Shown piece after piece: positions 62,247 through 64,000 of a DNA stretch of 64,000 nt (the first letter of the stretch is position 1; every line of letters begins with the position of its first letter). Below the pieces are notes generated by a model that saw only the letters and a program-made list of their open reading frames with translations, was not told where the DNA came from and did no database searches. Location of the stretch: the sequence record NC_100372.1; one strand, given 5' to 3'. This stretch comes from a phage. The position numbers were made by a program, and so were the translations under genes.

Positions 62247-64000
62247 TTAAAAAGGTGTTTCGTCGTCTTCAAAACCAGGAACGTGGTTAGAGGACGGATC
62301 ATCATACTGAAGATCTTCCTGTGTGTCAACAGGGTTAACAGCAGGGGTTATAACCTTATCAGCCACAACCTTGCCCACAGGTGTTTCTACAACTGCATGC
62401 TCCTGATCCTCAAACATAGCCTGAGGTCTCCAAACAACCTCCCCACCTTCCCCATCTGTAAACATCTGCATTTCTTTGTCCCAGTACCAGTTGCTGGCAT
62501 CATGGAACTTGCCTGTGTGGGGATCCATAACTAGAGTGTCTGCAATACCTAAGGTTTTTGCTGGGCGGTTTTTAAGACCTACCAGTCGGACACGTCCACG
62601 GGAACGATCCACCATCTCCTCTGCCTCTACCCCGACAACCACCCAGCTAAGTTGCTCCAATCCGGCACTACCGCGAAGGTTCTCTTTTCGTACAGGGTAC
62701 CAGAAAGGTAACGGATTTCCATCCTTATCCTTCGGAGGTACAATCTCTGTGCGCTTCAGGTGAGCAATCACCAAGATAAACACATTAAACTGCTTACAGA
62801 ACGCGGCTAGTTGAGTCATAGCCATGTCAAGTTCTTTGCGCTCATCCTTAACATTAAGCCCTGAAATCACCATAGACAAGTGATCCAGCACAATGTAACG
62901 GCAGTGATACAGGCACACCATTTGTTTAAGCTTAGTGATCAGCTCATCTACAGGAATGGAGCCGAAATGCTTGAACACTTTGATTTTTCCGGCCTTGGCC
63001 CAAGATTGATGAATCTCAGCGTGCTCCTGATCGGTCAGGAACTGACTGGGGTCTTCAACAAACTCTTTAACATCAAACCCCAGCTGGTTAGCGTACAGAG
63101 AGTTGATTGCTTCCTCAGGATCCTCTTCAAGGTGAATCAGGCACAGGCGATCATCCTCTTCATAATCATCAGCTTTAGGGCATGTTGGATCCATCAAGTA
63201 TCTTGCAATGCAATGTTCCAGCTTCTTGGCTACAGTTGTTTTACCACCGCCAGACGGGCCTGTCAGCATCATCAAGGTGCCTTTGTGGAGTCCTTTCAGC
63301 ATCTTCTGCAGTTTAGGGAACTCTGCACTAATATCCACGCCATTGGAAGTCTTCTTACGAAGAGATTCAATGGAGAAGTCTTCTAAATCAGATACAGCAT
63401 CAGGCACATATTTGACTGGGTGACGGAACATGTTGACAATATCTTCCAGCTTTTTAGCCTTCAGCATGTCACGAATATCTTTTACACCATCAGGGTCGTT
63501 TACCTCACCTGGGTATTCCACGTGGTAAACGTTGTCAGCCATCAAAAATGCTGCGATATTATGCGTAGCTTCAACACCTTTGATAACGTGTTTTTGCTTC
63601 TCTACCTCGTTAGCTGCATCGTTGTCCATTGCAAGGACTACTGTTCCGTAGCTACGGATAAATTTCTCATTGTTCGCAAAAGTGTCTACGGCGTTTGCAC
63701 ACCCGCAGTTAATTCCGACAAAAGGCAGGCATGGTTTTCCTGCCAGATCACCGCCGTTGATAACTGCATCAATCCCATCCTGGACTTCTTTAGCCCACTG
63801 CTTCACCTTCGCCGGGGCTTTAGCATTGGTGAGAATTCCTTTTACTTGTACCTGATATGCAGCCTGCCACGCTGCAATAACATCTCCTTCCCCCTCACAA
63901 ACGTTAATCTGCTTGCGGTTGTTGGAGGATGCACACAGCTTTTGACCAAACATCTGGGAGTTGGCCTTTACTATGCCGACAACCGAGAAATGGCCCCTTT
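62247..64000 (-). CDS. Primase-helicase (TOPRIM plus DnaB/RecA-like helicase), probably 5'-partial at the window edge
   Basis: TOPRIM-like VCEGEGD and VVLAMDNDAAN; Walker A MLTGPSGGGKTTVAKK. First in-frame ATG at 63953, but the frame stays open (no stop) up to position 64000, so the N-terminus may lie outside the window. Confidence 0.75.
   Translation of the reverse strand, partial: RGHFSVVGIVKANSQMFGQKLCASSNNRKQINVCEGEGDVIAAWQAAYQVQVKGILTNAKAPAKVKQWAKEVQDGIDAVINGGDLAGKPCLPFVGINCGCANAVDTFANNEKFIRSYGTVVLAMDNDAANEVEKQKHVIKGVEATHNIAAFLMADNVYHVEYPGEVNDPDGVKDIRDMLKAKKLEDIVNMFRHPVKYVPDAVSDLEDFSIESLRKKTSNGVDISAEFPKLQKMLKGLHKGTLMMLTGPSGGGKTTVAKKLEHCIARYLMDPTCPKADDYEEDDRLCLIHLEEDPEEAINSLYANQLGFDVKEFVEDPSQFLTDQEHAEIHQSWAKAGKIKVFKHFGSIPVDELITKLKQMVCLYHCRYIVLDHLSMVISGLNVKDERKELDMAMTQLAAFCKQFNVFILVIAHLKRTEIVPPKDKDGNPLPFWYPVRKENLRGSAGLEQLSWVVVGVEAEEMVDRSRGRVRLVGLKNRPAKTLGIADTLVMDPHTGKFHDASNWYWDKEMQMFTDGEGGEVVWRPQAMFEDQEHAVVETPVGKVVADKVITPAVNPVDTQEDLQYDDPSSNHVPGFEDDETPF

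Noticed and set aside
1-64000. Prophage integration module or mobile element (integrase, transposase, att-like repeats)
   Set aside because: No tyrosine or serine recombinase or transposase motifs were recognised in any ORF. The gene content is replication, nucleotide metabolism and small early genes, consistent with a virulent phage rather than an integrated element.

Overview
The window reads as a contiguous piece of a large virulent tailed-phage genome (no integrase, no host housekeeping genes), covering its nucleotide-metabolism, replication and host-takeover regions. Coding is strand-blocked: a short minus-strand operon at 317-1687, a long plus-strand block from 1788 to 38890, and a minus-strand block from 41405 to the window end. 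Recognisable genes include class I and class III ribonucleotide reductases (nrdA/nrdB/glutaredoxin, nrdD/nrdG), ThyX, dNMP kinase, a family A DNA polymerase, a primase-helicase running off the window edge, ATP-dependent DNA ligase, flap endonuclease, endonuclease VII, a lambda R-like lytic transglycosylase, Sir2, PhoH, a ClpP-like protease, two orphan N6-adenine methyltransferases, a ribosome hibernation factor homolog and an RNA-repair-like kinase/phosphoesterase/ligase trio. The most unusual content is (i) a roughly 2.5 kb ORF-free, repeat-dense region at 38891-41404 between convergent transcription units, (ii) a second roughly 1 kb ORF-free repeat region at 50440-51455 that shares a 16-17 bp motif with the first, and (iii) long tandem arrays of paralogous small acidic proteins interleaved with hydrophobic micro-ORFs at 27.6-38.9 kb. 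All functional calls rest on motifs read by eye and on remembered reference sequences; no database search was run, and the exact phage could not be identified.
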